Shown: positions 1 through 8,790 of the stretch, in pieces
Layout: each line of letters starts with the position of its first letter
Position numbering within the stretch: position 1 is the first letter of the stretch
From: Candidatus Zixiibacteriota bacterium
GTDB taxonomy: Bacteria; Zixibacteria; MSB-5A5; CAIYYT01
Direction: 5' to 3'
Assembly (NCBI GenBank): GCA_020853795.1
Contig: JADYYF010000088.1
Coordinates: 12,820-76,819 of the forward strand
Length of the DNA stretch: 64,000 nucleotides
The notes under the pieces: generated by a model
Told to the model about the DNA's origin: nothing
Seen by the model: only the letters and a program-made list of their open reading frames with translations
Databases searched by the model: none
Translations under genes and position numbers: made by a program

Positions 1-128
1 AAGGCGTTGTCCGTCAGGCGCAGCCGGGCATTGGCAATGGTGAGGTTGAGGTTGACGAGTTTGATTTCGTCGACCAACAACGCCACGCGTTCAACGAGGG
101 TCGCCAGGTCCGGAGTCTGCGGTATGGT
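1..128 (-). CDS. hypothetical protein, 5' end only. It starts at an ATG about 2 nt downstream of the receiver gene stop and continues off the window.
   Basis: Reverse-strand ATG near 126-128 opens a frame (MTTIPQTPDLATLVERVALLVDEIKLVNLNLTIANARLRLTDNA...) with no stop to the window edge. It is tightly coupled to the upstream response-regulator gene. Confidence 0.35.
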
Positions 129-130
129 GG

Positions 131-484
131 TCATTCGAGGAACTTCCCGATTTTGGATTTGAGTTCGCGCATGTCGCTGCTCTTGATCAGATAGTCGTTG
201 GCCAGCCAGCTCTTGAAGTCGGACTTGTAAGTGTTGAACGCCGAGTGAAGGATGATCGGGAGCGTGGGGTCGCGGCGTTTGATTTCGGCCAGAATATCAA
301 GGCCGTTCTCGGTACCCATCTTGATATCGAGCACAATCAGGTCGATCGGGTAGAAACGCATGCACTCCAGGGCTTCATTGCAGGTGCAGGCGGTTACCAC
401 CTGATACCCTTCGTCGGTCAAGATCTGCTCGTAGAGCTTGAGCAAGTTGGCTTCGTCGTCGACGCACATAATCGTCTTAGACAT
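131..484 (-). CDS. single-domain CheY-like response regulator (receiver only)
   Basis: The 117-aa product has the receiver motifs CVDDE...LIVLDIKMG...ILHSAF...K. Its ATG (MSKTIMCVDDE) lies 2-3 nt after the kinase stop, with a GGAGG upstream. The ORF-track ORF 131..562 starts at an upstream GTG. Confidence 0.8.
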   Translation of the reverse strand: MSKTIMCVDDEANLLKLYEQILTDEGYQVVTACTCNEALECMRFYPIDLIVLDIKMGTENGLDILAEIKRRDPTLPIILHSAFNTYKSDFKSWLANDYLIKSSDMRELKSKIGKFLE

Positions 485-2237
485 AGAGTTCCTCCAGCGC
501 GGGATAGGCGATATAGAGAGCGGCCTGGCCATCGGCGCAGACGCCGATCCCGGGTTCGCCACCGTTATAGCGAATGGTTTCGAAAGCCAACATCATACGC
601 AGGGAGCCGCCCTGCAGCTCGTTTTCGTAGAAGGCGGTGACCAAGTCGCGCAGGCGCTCGTGTGAGTGGGCACCGGAGCAGACGGCAATTTCGATACGAT
701 AGGTTCCCAGCTCGGCGGCGATGGTGATGCGCAAGGCGACGTCCGGCGGGAAGACCTGATCCATCTGACTGAGCAGGTCAAAGAAGACCTGGATCGACTG
801 GTCGTGGTTGATGCGAACGGTAGCGGCGGCGGGTGCGTCAACCGCGACCTCGAGTGGCCGACGGCAGCCGCGCTGCACGAGGACCTCGATGGCGGCCGTC
901 ACGACCTGTCGGAGATCGACGAATTCGCGCTCCTGGGCAAAGGACTTGGAGAAATTCAGGACGTCGGTCATGGCCGTTTCCAATCGCATTGTCTCATCCA
1001 TGATAATCTGCGCATGCTCACTCATTCTATCGGCAGAGTTGAGTTTGCTTTTTAGCAGTGCGGCGAAGCCGCCAATGATGGTGAGCGGATTGCGCAATTC
1101 GTGGGCGATTTTGTAGGTTAATTGCGCAAGCAGGGAGCTGCGTTCGATGGCGGTAATCTGGCGCTGGACCTGCTCGATCTTGCGCTGGGCCGCTTCGAGC
1201 GAGGAGGCGCGGCGTTCGAGTTCCTCGAAGAGCTGAGCGTGCTCAATGGCCGTGGAGGCATGCGAGGCGAAGACCTGGAGCAGGCGCACGGTGGTGTCGG
1301 GAATCGGTTTGCCGGTGATCAAGTTGTCGGCCACGATGACGCCGAAGGCGCGGCCGCGGGACAGCAGCGGCACGACGGCGCAGCGAGTGGTATTCAGCTC
1401 GCGCAACGCCGGCGATTGGTGGGCGAAGGCATCATACAGACCGGCGTCGACGTTGCACCACTCGCCCTGCTCCATGACCCGGGCAAAGAAGGGATCGACC
1501 GCCAGGTCGATCCGCAGGGAGCGGACGCGGCCGGTGACCTCGATGTCGTAGTGTTCGACGTTGCGCAGATAGCACTGGAGGACCTCATAGAGCGACCGGG
1601 GCGCAGAGCTGATACCGGCCCAGATGCGTCCGGCTTCTTCGGGACTGGAAGGGCCGATCGCGAGTTTGCCGACGAGGGCGTTATCCTCCGGGCTGAGCAC
1701 AAACAGGAAGGCGCGATTGAAGCCGAGGCCTTCGCGCGTGGTTGCACCGGCGAGAATCATGCGCAGGATGTCGTCGGTATGCATCGACGAGTGCAGGGCG
1801 CGGGAGATTTCTTCGATGATCTTGAATTCGCGCAAGTGACGTTCGAGACGCGCCGTGGTCTCGGAAGAATCGGTGAGATCGTAGAGCACGATGACGACGT
1901 GATCGAGGCTATGGCGATCGGGTGCGAGCGAGCCGGCCAGCGAATAGAGGCGTCCGGTCCCATCGGTGAAGGCGAGCGGCGGTAAATCCAGCGGCAGGCC
2001 GGAGGCAATGACATTGGTTACGGAAGCGCGAATGTTATAGTCCAGCAAACCATCGAGTTGAGACAAATCGTCAAGCACTGAATGCCCGTCGGGTGAAAAG
2101 AGACGGCTGAAGGCTCGGTTGGCGTAAACAAGTCGCCCTTCCCGATGCCCGACGGCCACGGCGAACGGGACGTGGTCGAAGGCTGCGAAGACCGCGTCGG
2201 CAGCAGACACGGCCGAGTCGGAGGCGACGGAGGACAT
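477..2237 (-). CDS. sensor histidine kinase with a PAS/GAF-like sensory region, HisKA and HATPase domains
   Basis: H-box HELRNPLTIIGGFAALL is followed by a C-terminal ATPase-like region (RITIAAELGTYRIEIAVCSGAH...). The ORF runs to 2408, but its N-terminus is a low-complexity R/P/S stretch. An internal ATG at MSSVASDS (about 2237) was chosen as the start. Confidence 0.7.
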   Translation of the reverse strand: MSSVASDSAVSAADAVFAAFDHVPFAVAVGHREGRLVYANRAFSRLFSPDGHSVLDDLSQLDGLLDYNIRASVTNVIASGLPLDLPPLAFTDGTGRLYSLAGSLAPDRHSLDHVVIVLYDLTDSSETTARLERHLREFKIIEEISRALHSSMHTDDILRMILAGATTREGLGFNRAFLFVLSPEDNALVGKLAIGPSSPEEAGRIWAGISSAPRSLYEVLQCYLRNVEHYDIEVTGRVRSLRIDLAVDPFFARVMEQGEWCNVDAGLYDAFAHQSPALRELNTTRCAVVPLLSRGRAFGVIVADNLITGKPIPDTTVRLLQVFASHASTAIEHAQLFEELERRASSLEAAQRKIEQVQRQITAIERSSLLAQLTYKIAHELRNPLTIIGGFAALLKSKLNSADRMSEHAQIIMDETMRLETAMTDVLNFSKSFAQEREFVDLRQVVTAAIEVLVQRGCRRPLEVAVDAPAAATVRINHDQSIQVFFDLLSQMDQVFPPDVALRITIAAELGTYRIEIAVCSGAHSHERLRDLVTAFYENELQGGSLRMMLAFETIRYNGGEPGIGVCADGQAALYIAYPALEELYV

Positions 2238-2253
2238 AGCTATCCCGACGCGG

Positions 2254-2862
2254 CTACCGCTGCCGCGCCAAGTCCTCGACTTCGGCGGCGACCTTCTCAG
2301 CGGCCTCGGTCTCGAGGTGGTCGAAAAGTTCTTTGCGGCTCTCGTACGAAAGGTAGAGATCAGGATCGGCGTCGGTGAAATCGAGGTATTGCATGGAAGA
2401 TGGACCATACCGACGGAACTTGAGCCGTTCGGAGGCCACCGTACGACCTCGCAGGCAGTCGAAGATCCGGTAGTCCAGATTAAGCCGTGCCGTCACGCGC
2501 CGCTGTTTGGCAAGGAACGGAAAGGCAAATCCCTGCTCGACGCGCACCTGCTCGGACTCGATTTCGCACCAGACGATATAGCGGTAGCTGTTGTTCAGGC
2601 CGGCTTCAACGATTGCCTGCTTGTCGAAGCGCAGGCCAATGCGATCCTGGACGCGGCGGGCATCGGCGCTGTCGGCGACCAGGATGCCGTTGGTTTCGGC
2701 GATCCGGTCGACAAGCAGTTCAGCGAGCGTTCCGTCGGGCCAGGCACTGGAGGCCGTGTTGACGATCACAACGACCGATTTCTCGACCTGAGCGGAAGCC
2801 GCACCGAAGGCGGCGGCAAGCAGCGCAACCAGCAGGATGACGCTATTCAGCGGTCTGGCCAT
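2254..2862 (-). CDS. secreted hypothetical protein with a signal peptide
   Basis: N-terminus MARPLNSVILLVALLAAAFGAASAQ is a typical Sec signal. No recognisable family. It is co-oriented and overlaps the next gene by 20 nt, within the post-fliA module. Confidence 0.45.
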   Translation of the reverse strand: MARPLNSVILLVALLAAAFGAASAQVEKSVVVIVNTASSAWPDGTLAELLVDRIAETNGILVADSADARRVQDRIGLRFDKQAIVEAGLNNSYRYIVWCEIESEQVRVEQGFAFPFLAKQRRVTARLNLDYRIFDCLRGRTVASERLKFRRYGPSSMQYLDFTDADPDLYLSYESRKELFDHLETEAAEKVAAEVEDLARQR

Positions 2863-3367
2863 GGTCCGCCTCTTTCATTCGCTCCTGCACCTTGCGCGCA
2901 AAGATATAGCGCAGCAGGAAGCGTTTGACGCGGTCGTCGAAGCTGGAAATGACGCTGCCGATATTGGGCTGGCCGAAGACCTGGTTGAGTTCGGAGTCCG
3001 TGCAAAATTCGACGCCAACCAAGTATCCGCCTTCGCCGTCGTCATCGACGCGCTTGACCTTGCCGGCGATGCCGGTGAGCAGGTCGGAGCCGGCGAGTTC
3101 GAGGCTCATGGTGAGATAGGCGCCCTCGGCGAGCTGATGTTCGCAGACCATCAGCACACCGCCGCCGGAAATGTTGAGCATGGTGGCGTTCTGCTGACTG
3201 GCGTGGGCGTCGCCGAGCGGACGATCGAGATCGAGCACCGCATAGACGATCGGCGCGGCGATCTCGAGGCGGACGTAGCGGCGTTTCTTCTCGCGATAGA
3301 GCTGCAGCGGTTGCTTGATGACGAGATTGTCCGCGGCGGCTTTGCGGGGTTGCTGGTGTTTGCTCAT
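2843..3367 (-). CDS. PilZ-domain protein (putative c-di-GMP receptor)
   Basis: PilZ signature: RRYVR (RxxxR) followed by NISGGG (D/NxSxGG). Length 174 aa. Confidence 0.65.
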   Translation of the reverse strand: MSKHQQPRKAAADNLVIKQPLQLYREKKRRYVRLEIAAPIVYAVLDLDRPLGDAHASQQNATMLNISGGGVLMVCEHQLAEGAYLTMSLELAGSDLLTGIAGKVKRVDDDGEGGYLVGVEFCTDSELNQVFGQPNIGSVISSFDDRVKRFLLRYIFARKVQERMKEADHGQTAE

Positions 3368-3386
3368 GTGCTCCTCCTGTAGATTC

Positions 3387-4169
3387 CTATATGATGCCGC
3401 GCTTCTTCATCGCCACTTGCTGAGCGAAGACGAAGTTGAGCAGCGCGGTGCGTTGGGTTTCGGTGAACATTTGATAGCGGCGCGGGACGCGTTGAAGTTC
3501 GCGCTGGGAGAGCAGCATCTGTTGCTCTTCGAGCGTGAAGATTTCCAGACCGTAGTAATGCCAACCGTCTTCGTCGGTGTCGACCCGGCGGGCTACCGCC
3601 AGCAGCGCCAATTCGCGCGGGAAGTCGTTCGGCTTGAGGCGGACGAAGAAGCGTTGACCGGCACTGCCGGAATAGCGCGATTTGACCAGCAGCCCGTTGC
3701 CGGAGAGGTTGCGGCAGGAACCTTCGAATTCGCCCAGGTCACTTTCCTCACACTTGCCGGTAAGAAAGCTGTCGCAAGGGATGAGCACGGCGACGCCCTC
3801 GACCTCAATCCGGTAGTAGCGGCGGCGCTGGTTGCGCTCGATATTGCGCGGGTACGGGATCAGGTAGGTATCGCGGCCATCCGGATCCTTGGACAGGATC
3901 GTGCCATTAAAGGTGTAAGCAGAATCAGGTTTGAAGAAGTAGGCCGTGAAATCGGCACCGACTTCGAAGAGGGCGTCGCCGGAAATCAGGCTCGGGCGAT
4001 CGATGACCAGGCTGGTCTCGGTGATGTCCTCCAGTCGCGTGCGGTAGCGGCCGGTGCGGCCGTGGTCTTCAAACACCAGTTCCAGCTTGTCCCAGAGGTC
4101 GAGCAGTCCGCCGACGCTGACTTTTTGACGAGTGGTTTTCTCCACGTCACTCACCCCGGGCGGCCTCAA
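3387..4169 (-). CDS. YcgR-like flagellar brake protein (PilZN plus PilZ domains)
   Basis: C-terminal PilZ motifs RRRYYR and NLSGNG are preceded by an approximately 110-aa N-domain typical of YcgR/PilZN. The gene lies in the flagellar cluster. Confidence 0.6.
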   Translation of the reverse strand: MRPPGVSDVEKTTRQKVSVGGLLDLWDKLELVFEDHGRTGRYRTRLEDITETSLVIDRPSLISGDALFEVGADFTAYFFKPDSAYTFNGTILSKDPDGRDTYLIPYPRNIERNQRRRYYRIEVEGVAVLIPCDSFLTGKCEESDLGEFEGSCRNLSGNGLLVKSRYSGSAGQRFFVRLKPNDFPRELALLAVARRVDTDEDGWHYYGLEIFTLEEQQMLLSQRELQRVPRRYQMFTETQRTALLNFVFAQQVAMKKRGII

Positions 4170-5334
4170 GATTAAGCTTGCCTTGCGCGACGGCGAGGTC
4201 GACGATTTTGCGCGCGAGCGCGGTGCGAGTCTGGTCGCCGCGGTTCTCGAAGATCATTTGTTGGCCGGCCTTGATCGTATTGTTGAAGTAGAGCTTGGCT
4301 TCAACATTGCGGCCGGCGCGGCGGGAGAGTTCGGCGATAAGATACATCGCCTGGATTTCCTGATTGCCGGGCTGGATTTCGTGGCCGTCTTCGAACGCGG
4401 CTTTATAAAACTCCACGGCAAACAGGAGCGCTTCCTGCTCATTGAGCGGCGCGTATTCCCATTTCACTTTGACTTCGCGCAGGAATTCTTCGAACGAGGC
4501 GAATCCGCCGTAGGCGACACTGCCGGTGTTGGCGCCGCCGGTCGGAATGCGCTGACGCATGTTGTTTTCGATGGCGCCTGCGAGACCGGCCATGCTGGCG
4601 TTGAGTTGCTCCTGCAATTCGCTGATGCGCCGCAAGTGGCTCTTGAAGCCTTCCTGAATGGTCAAGAATTCCGAATTGTGCGGCGCGGCACTTCCCTGCT
4701 GGCCGAGGCTGTCGTCGACCAATTGCGAGATCGAGTTAACGTTGAGCGCAAAATAATCGCGCGCCTGCCGCAGCTTGGCGTAGGCCTTGTCGATGTCGAA
4801 GGCAAAGTGGGCGACTTCGTCGGCGGGGCGGGAGGCGGCACCATAGTATTCGCGATAGAGCCAGGCGATGCGCAAGAAGAAGCGACCGAGATCCAGCTTG
4901 CGCGGATGCTCATTCAACAGTTCGTCGTAGATGCCAAGCAGGAACTTGGTGACGGCAGTGCCGAAGGGGTTGGTTTGGGGGTTGCGGGCCTGGCCGAGCA
5001 TCTTGACGACCGAGCCGTCGACGGCGACCGCTTCGAGATGGCGCGCCTGAGTCGAGCGCTGGCGGTAGGTGCGGAAGGCGGTGTCGTTCTTCCAGTCCTT
5101 GAATGCCTGATTAAATTCGCGGGTATAGAAGCAATTGTCACAGGTAGCCATGAAGAACAGGAGCGGATTGAAGACTTCGTATTTGGGATTGCGCCACTGG
5201 CGGCCCTGGGGACAGAAGTCGGTGTCGTGGTCTTCCTCGATGTAAGCGCCGACCTTGATGTTTTCGAATTCGTTGATGGTCTTGCAGACCGGACACTCAA
5301 CTTTGGTCAAGAAGAACGGTGATTCCATGGCCAT
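4147..5334 (-). CDS. hypothetical protein with an N-terminal zinc ribbon (DUF2225-like)
   Basis: The 395-aa product has CPVCKT...CDNCFY (a Cys4 ribbon) followed by a long helical region. It overlaps the YcgR-like gene by 23 nt. Confidence 0.45.
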   Translation of the reverse strand: MAMESPFFLTKVECPVCKTINEFENIKVGAYIEEDHDTDFCPQGRQWRNPKYEVFNPLLFFMATCDNCFYTREFNQAFKDWKNDTAFRTYRQRSTQARHLEAVAVDGSVVKMLGQARNPQTNPFGTAVTKFLLGIYDELLNEHPRKLDLGRFFLRIAWLYREYYGAASRPADEVAHFAFDIDKAYAKLRQARDYFALNVNSISQLVDDSLGQQGSAAPHNSEFLTIQEGFKSHLRRISELQEQLNASMAGLAGAIENNMRQRIPTGGANTGSVAYGGFASFEEFLREVKVKWEYAPLNEQEALLFAVEFYKAAFEDGHEIQPGNQEIQAMYLIAELSRRAGRNVEAKLYFNNTIKAGQQMIFENRGDQTRTALARKIVDLAVAQGKLNLEAARGE

Positions 5335-5364
5335 AATTGCCTTCCTGTGCTTAAAGTCCCTTCC

Positions 5365-5793
5365 TTATTTCAACTGTCCCAGCAGCTCCAGCTCCATGAA
5401 GGAGATGCCGAGAGCGCGCTCGATGTCTTCGCGGCGGCTGCCCTGGCGGTACATGCGGACGGCTTCCAGATATTTTTCGGTGCGGCTGAGACGCCGCCGA
5501 CCGCGCGACGGCGGTTCCGCCACAAAGGCGCGCTGTGGTTCGTACTGCGCGACCAGGCCCGGGCGGACCGGACGCGGCGCAGCAGGCGCGGCGGCACGGA
5601 CAACCTCGATCGGTTCCGGGACCGAGGCCGGTTTTGGAGCGGCGGGCGCGGGGGCAAGATTGTTGAGAACGTGTTGCGCGATCAGCGCGCGGAGGCGTTT
5701 TTCGCGGCGGTAAAGGAAATAGCTGACCATCGCCGCGATGATGACGATAAATCCGAAGTCTACTGCCAGTCTTGCTACCATCCATGTATCCAT
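5365..5793 (-). CDS. small membrane-anchored protein with a Pro/Ala-rich linker and a C-terminal helical (DUF2802-like?) domain
   Basis: N-terminal TM segment FGFIVIIAAMVSYFLY is followed by a PAPAAPKPAS linker and a C-terminal EKYLEAVRMYRQGSRREDIERALGISFMELELL. Similar small proteins occur near flhF/fliA loci. The family call is from memory only. Confidence 0.4.
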   Translation of the reverse strand: MDTWMVARLAVDFGFIVIIAAMVSYFLYRREKRLRALIAQHVLNNLAPAPAAPKPASVPEPIEVVRAAAPAAPRPVRPGLVAQYEPQRAFVAEPPSRGRRRLSRTEKYLEAVRMYRQGSRREDIERALGISFMELELLGQLK

Positions 5794-5807
5794 AGCTGAC
5801 TCCTGTC

Positions 5808-6086
5808 CTATGCGGTTACATCCAGACCGCCGGGATTCTCCTGTTCTTTGGGTTTCTCCTGCTTCTGTTCTTTCTGCTGCTGTTTCCGGTCGCGGTCGCG
5901 GTGAATGATCGCCTCATCGGTTTTTTCGGTCGGAACCGCCTGGCGCTGTTTTTGCACATTGTGCTGGTCGACGACCTGGGCAGCCTGACGCTGATCGGTG
6001 TCGGGTGCGACCTTCTGGAGCTGGTTGACGCGCTCGGCGAGCGGCGTCTTGGCCAGATTGTCAACGACCGCGATCGGTTGCACCAA
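5808..6086 (-). CDS. small highly charged hypothetical protein (92 aa) immediately downstream of fliA
   Basis: The ORF is K/E/Q-rich with no recognisable domain. It sits 16 nt after the fliA stop. Confidence 0.3.
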   Translation of the reverse strand: MVQPIAVVDNLAKTPLAERVNQLQKVAPDTDQRQAAQVVDQHNVQKQRQAVPTEKTDEAIIHRDRDRKQQQKEQKQEKPKEQENPGGLDVTA

Positions 6087-6101
6087 CGACCATCACCTTC
6101 T

Positions 6102-6899
6102 TTACAGCGCGAACTTCTCGTGCACGAGGTTGCGCAGCTTATTCACGGCTTTGGTATGAATCTGCGAGACGCGCGATTCGGAGATCTGCATCACCTCGCC
6201 GATTTCCTTCAGCGTGAGTTCTTCGTAATAGTAGAGCGCGATCACGAGGCGCTCCTGCTCGGTGAGATTGGAGATGGCGACGCCAAGGTAGGCTTTCAGT
6301 TCCATCTCCTCGATTTCACCGAGGACGGAATATTCGGCCGGACCTTCCACAGTCTCGATGCGGGGAATCTGGCGGTTGTCTTCCTCGCGGTAGATCATCT
6401 CGTCGAGAGAGAGCAAGGTGGCGCCGGAGACGTCGCTGAGGGTGGCGCCGAACTCATCGATCGAGACGTTGAGGTGCTTGGCAACCTCGACGTGCGACGG
6501 TTTGCGGCCAAGCTTGCCTTCCAGTTCGGAGAAGGCGCGGTCGAGTTCGCGCGACTTGGCGCGGGTTGAGCGCGGTACCCAGTCGAGGCTACGGAGTTCA
6601 TCGAGGATTGCGCCGCGGATCCGCGGCACGGCGTAAGTTTCGAACTTGATGCCACGGTTGGGGTCGAAGTTGGCGAAGGCCTCGATCAGGCCGATAACGC
6701 CGGTGTTGACGAGATCGGGGAGTTCGACGGTCTTGGGAAAGCCCATGGCCAAGCGGCCGGCAACGTTGCGCACCAAGGGGAGGTAATGGGCGAGCAGACG
6801 CTGCCGAATTTCCGGGTCGCCGGTGTTACGATAGGATCGCCATGCATCTCCAACGTTGATCATAGGATCTTTGCGCCTTTCCTGAAATATTGATAACAT
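6102..6899 (-). CDS. fliA: flagellar sigma factor sigma-28 (FliA)
   Basis: Sigma-70 regions 2, 3 and 4 are present (LVRNVAGRL..., DLVNTGVIGLIEAFANFD, and the C-terminal HTH LTLKEIGEVMQISESRVSQIHTKAV). It is syntenic after flhF and flhG. Confidence 0.9.
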   Translation of the reverse strand: MLSIFQERRKDPMINVGDAWRSYRNTGDPEIRQRLLAHYLPLVRNVAGRLAMGFPKTVELPDLVNTGVIGLIEAFANFDPNRGIKFETYAVPRIRGAILDELRSLDWVPRSTRAKSRELDRAFSELEGKLGRKPSHVEVAKHLNVSIDEFGATLSDVSGATLLSLDEMIYREEDNRQIPRIETVEGPAEYSVLGEIEEMELKAYLGVAISNLTEQERLVIALYYYEELTLKEIGEVMQISESRVSQIHTKAVNKLRNLVHEKFAL

Positions 6900-6902
6900 G
6901 AT

Positions 6903-7778
6903 CTATTTGCTTCTCTTAATTGTTAGGGCCTGAGCTATCAGTCCGGTATCGTCAGAGTCGATAGCGGTTTTTAGAGAATTCGCGTCGGCGAGGGCGTTCC
7001 AGAGGGCGGAAGCGCGCCGGGGCGACGTTATGTGATTTTCGCGTAAGGTCTTAGTCAGCTTGTCCAATTTTCTAACAGCGGGGTTGCCGGCGCCCGAAAG
7101 TGCCACGAGCGCGTGCGTTTCGGCGAACTGCCCCAGCAGCGGGCTTTCCTCGATGATTCCGAGCGGCGCTACAGCTGTTTGAAGAAACTTCTCGACCAGT
7201 TCAGTGAACTTGGCGGCAGCCTGGAGTCCCTCCGGCTCCGATTCGACTCGATTGACGACGAAGGCAGCGGTGAGACGCGGATTGAGTTGCAGCGCCTCCT
7301 TCAATTGCGTGTAGGCGTCGGCGACGGCGGGAATGCGTGGTGTCGTGACGACGACGCTGAGGTCGGAATAAGCCATCAGAGAAAGTGTCAACGCATCGAG
7401 GCTGGAGGAGGTGTCGAGAATGACGACATCGAAGAGTGCATCAAGCTCGCGGCAGGTGTGCAAACCGCGTTCGTTCAACATGACAAGGTCGCGGGTGGCG
7501 CCGGCTTCAGTACCGATGAGCCAGAGATTCGGCGCGATCTTGGTAACGGCGGCATTCAAGTCGGCCTCGCCGGCGAGAACGCGTTCGAAGCCACAGCGGA
7601 CGACAGCGTTGGTCATGACGGCGAGATCGCCGAGGCCGGTATCGGTGTCAAGCAGGAGCGTGCGGTAGCCGGATTCCGCCAATTTGGCGGCCAGGATCAC
7701 CGCCGTGGTCGATTTGCCGACGCCGCCTTTGCCGGAGCAGACGGTCAAGTAGAACGCGCGGGTCTTGGTCTCAGTCAT
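6903..7778 (-). CDS. flhG: MinD/ParA-family ATPase FlhG (FleN/YlxH)
   Basis: Deviant Walker A CSGKGGVGKST. Length 291 aa. It lies between flhF and fliA. Confidence 0.85.
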   Translation of the reverse strand: MTETKTRAFYLTVCSGKGGVGKSTTAVILAAKLAESGYRTLLLDTDTGLGDLAVMTNAVVRCGFERVLAGEADLNAAVTKIAPNLWLIGTEAGATRDLVMLNERGLHTCRELDALFDVVILDTSSSLDALTLSLMAYSDLSVVVTTPRIPAVADAYTQLKEALQLNPRLTAAFVVNRVESEPEGLQAAAKFTELVEKFLQTAVAPLGIIEESPLLGQFAETHALVALSGAGNPAVRKLDKLTKTLRENHITSPRRASALWNALADANSLKTAIDSDDTGLIAQALTIKRSK

Positions 7779-8790
7779 TGAGCCCTCCCGTGAGCTTGGC
7801 GAAGAAGTTCTCGACGGTGAATTGGGTCACGAGTGCGGTGGGCAGTCGCGAATCACTGATACAGAGGAGCGGCGGGTATTCGCCGACAACAAGGTTTAAC
7901 AGGGCACCGCAACCGGCGGCGGCGTCCAGTTGCGTGAAGGCGACAGCGTCAACACCGAGCGGGCGGACAAAATCGAGAAAATGGCGCATATGCCGCCAGC
8001 CGGTAGTCAGGGACAACACGGCAATGGTGAATCGCTGCGGAATCTCGGCCAGTTGCCGAGTCAGAGAATCTAAGGAATCCTGATCGCCGTTGACCAAGCC
8101 GGTAGTGTCGATCAGATGCCGCGACAGCTTGCCAGCGACAGATTGACGGGGCTCGACGGCGAGTTCGAGGATGTCGGCGAGGTTGCTGATTTCCTCGTCG
8201 GCGCCAGGACGGAAGTTATCAAGCGTTTCGAGAGTCACGCGTTCCTTGCGGTTGAACACGAAGTGGGTCGCATACTTGGCGAGCAGTGAACTCTTACCCG
8301 AGCCGCAGGGACCGATGAAGACGAGATTGGCGGCTTCGGCCGGCAGCTCGATAGCGGTCGGCATGAAAGCGGAAATGATGCGGATCAGGCTTTCATCGGA
8401 AATCTGCTCGGTGCGCTGGAGGCGGCGACAGATATCAAGTGCGAGGTTGGCTTCAACATCGTGGAGACGAAGCGCCAGATAGTAGTTGCGTACCTGGCCC
8501 TTGAGTAATTCGGGCAAGACGACGTCCAGCATTGCCGATTCGAGGCCCGGGTCCCCGAGGCGTGCGATTCCGGGGTTCGGTGCGGCCGGCACGGATGGAG
8601 TCATCGGTGACGGAGTGCGCAGTGGCCGAGCGGCAGGCGCGGCGTCCTTGGCGGCAGTCACCGAGAAGAGGCGCGTGCCGTTATCGCGGATGACGTCGGT
8701 CTTGAGAATGACCGCATCGGCGCCGAACTCACGGCGGACGAGATCGAGCGCGTCCGGAATCGTCGGGGCTTGGAAGTTCTTAATTAGCAT
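7771..8790 (-). CDS. flhF: flagellar biosynthesis GTPase FlhF (SRP-like)
   Basis: G1 motif GPCGSGKSS and the DTTG motif are present. It overlaps flhA and flhG by 8-11 nt. Confidence 0.85.
   Translation of the reverse strand: MLIKNFQAPTIPDALDLVRREFGADAVILKTDVIRDNGTRLFSVTAAKDAAPAARPLRTPSPMTPSVPAAPNPGIARLGDPGLESAMLDVVLPELLKGQVRNYYLALRLHDVEANLALDICRRLQRTEQISDESLIRIISAFMPTAIELPAEAANLVFIGPCGSGKSSLLAKYATHFVFNRKERVTLETLDNFRPGADEEISNLADILELAVEPRQSVAGKLSRHLIDTTGLVNGDQDSLDSLTRQLAEIPQRFTIAVLSLTTGWRHMRHFLDFVRPLGVDAVAFTQLDAAAGCGALLNLVVGEYPPLLCISDSRLPTALVTQFTVENFFAKLTGGLND

Noticed and set aside
5808-6086. Possibility that the 92-aa gene after fliA is the anti-sigma-28 factor FlgM
   Set aside because: The sequence is K/E/Q-rich without the conserved C-terminal sigma-28-binding helices of FlgM. 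Position alone is insufficient.
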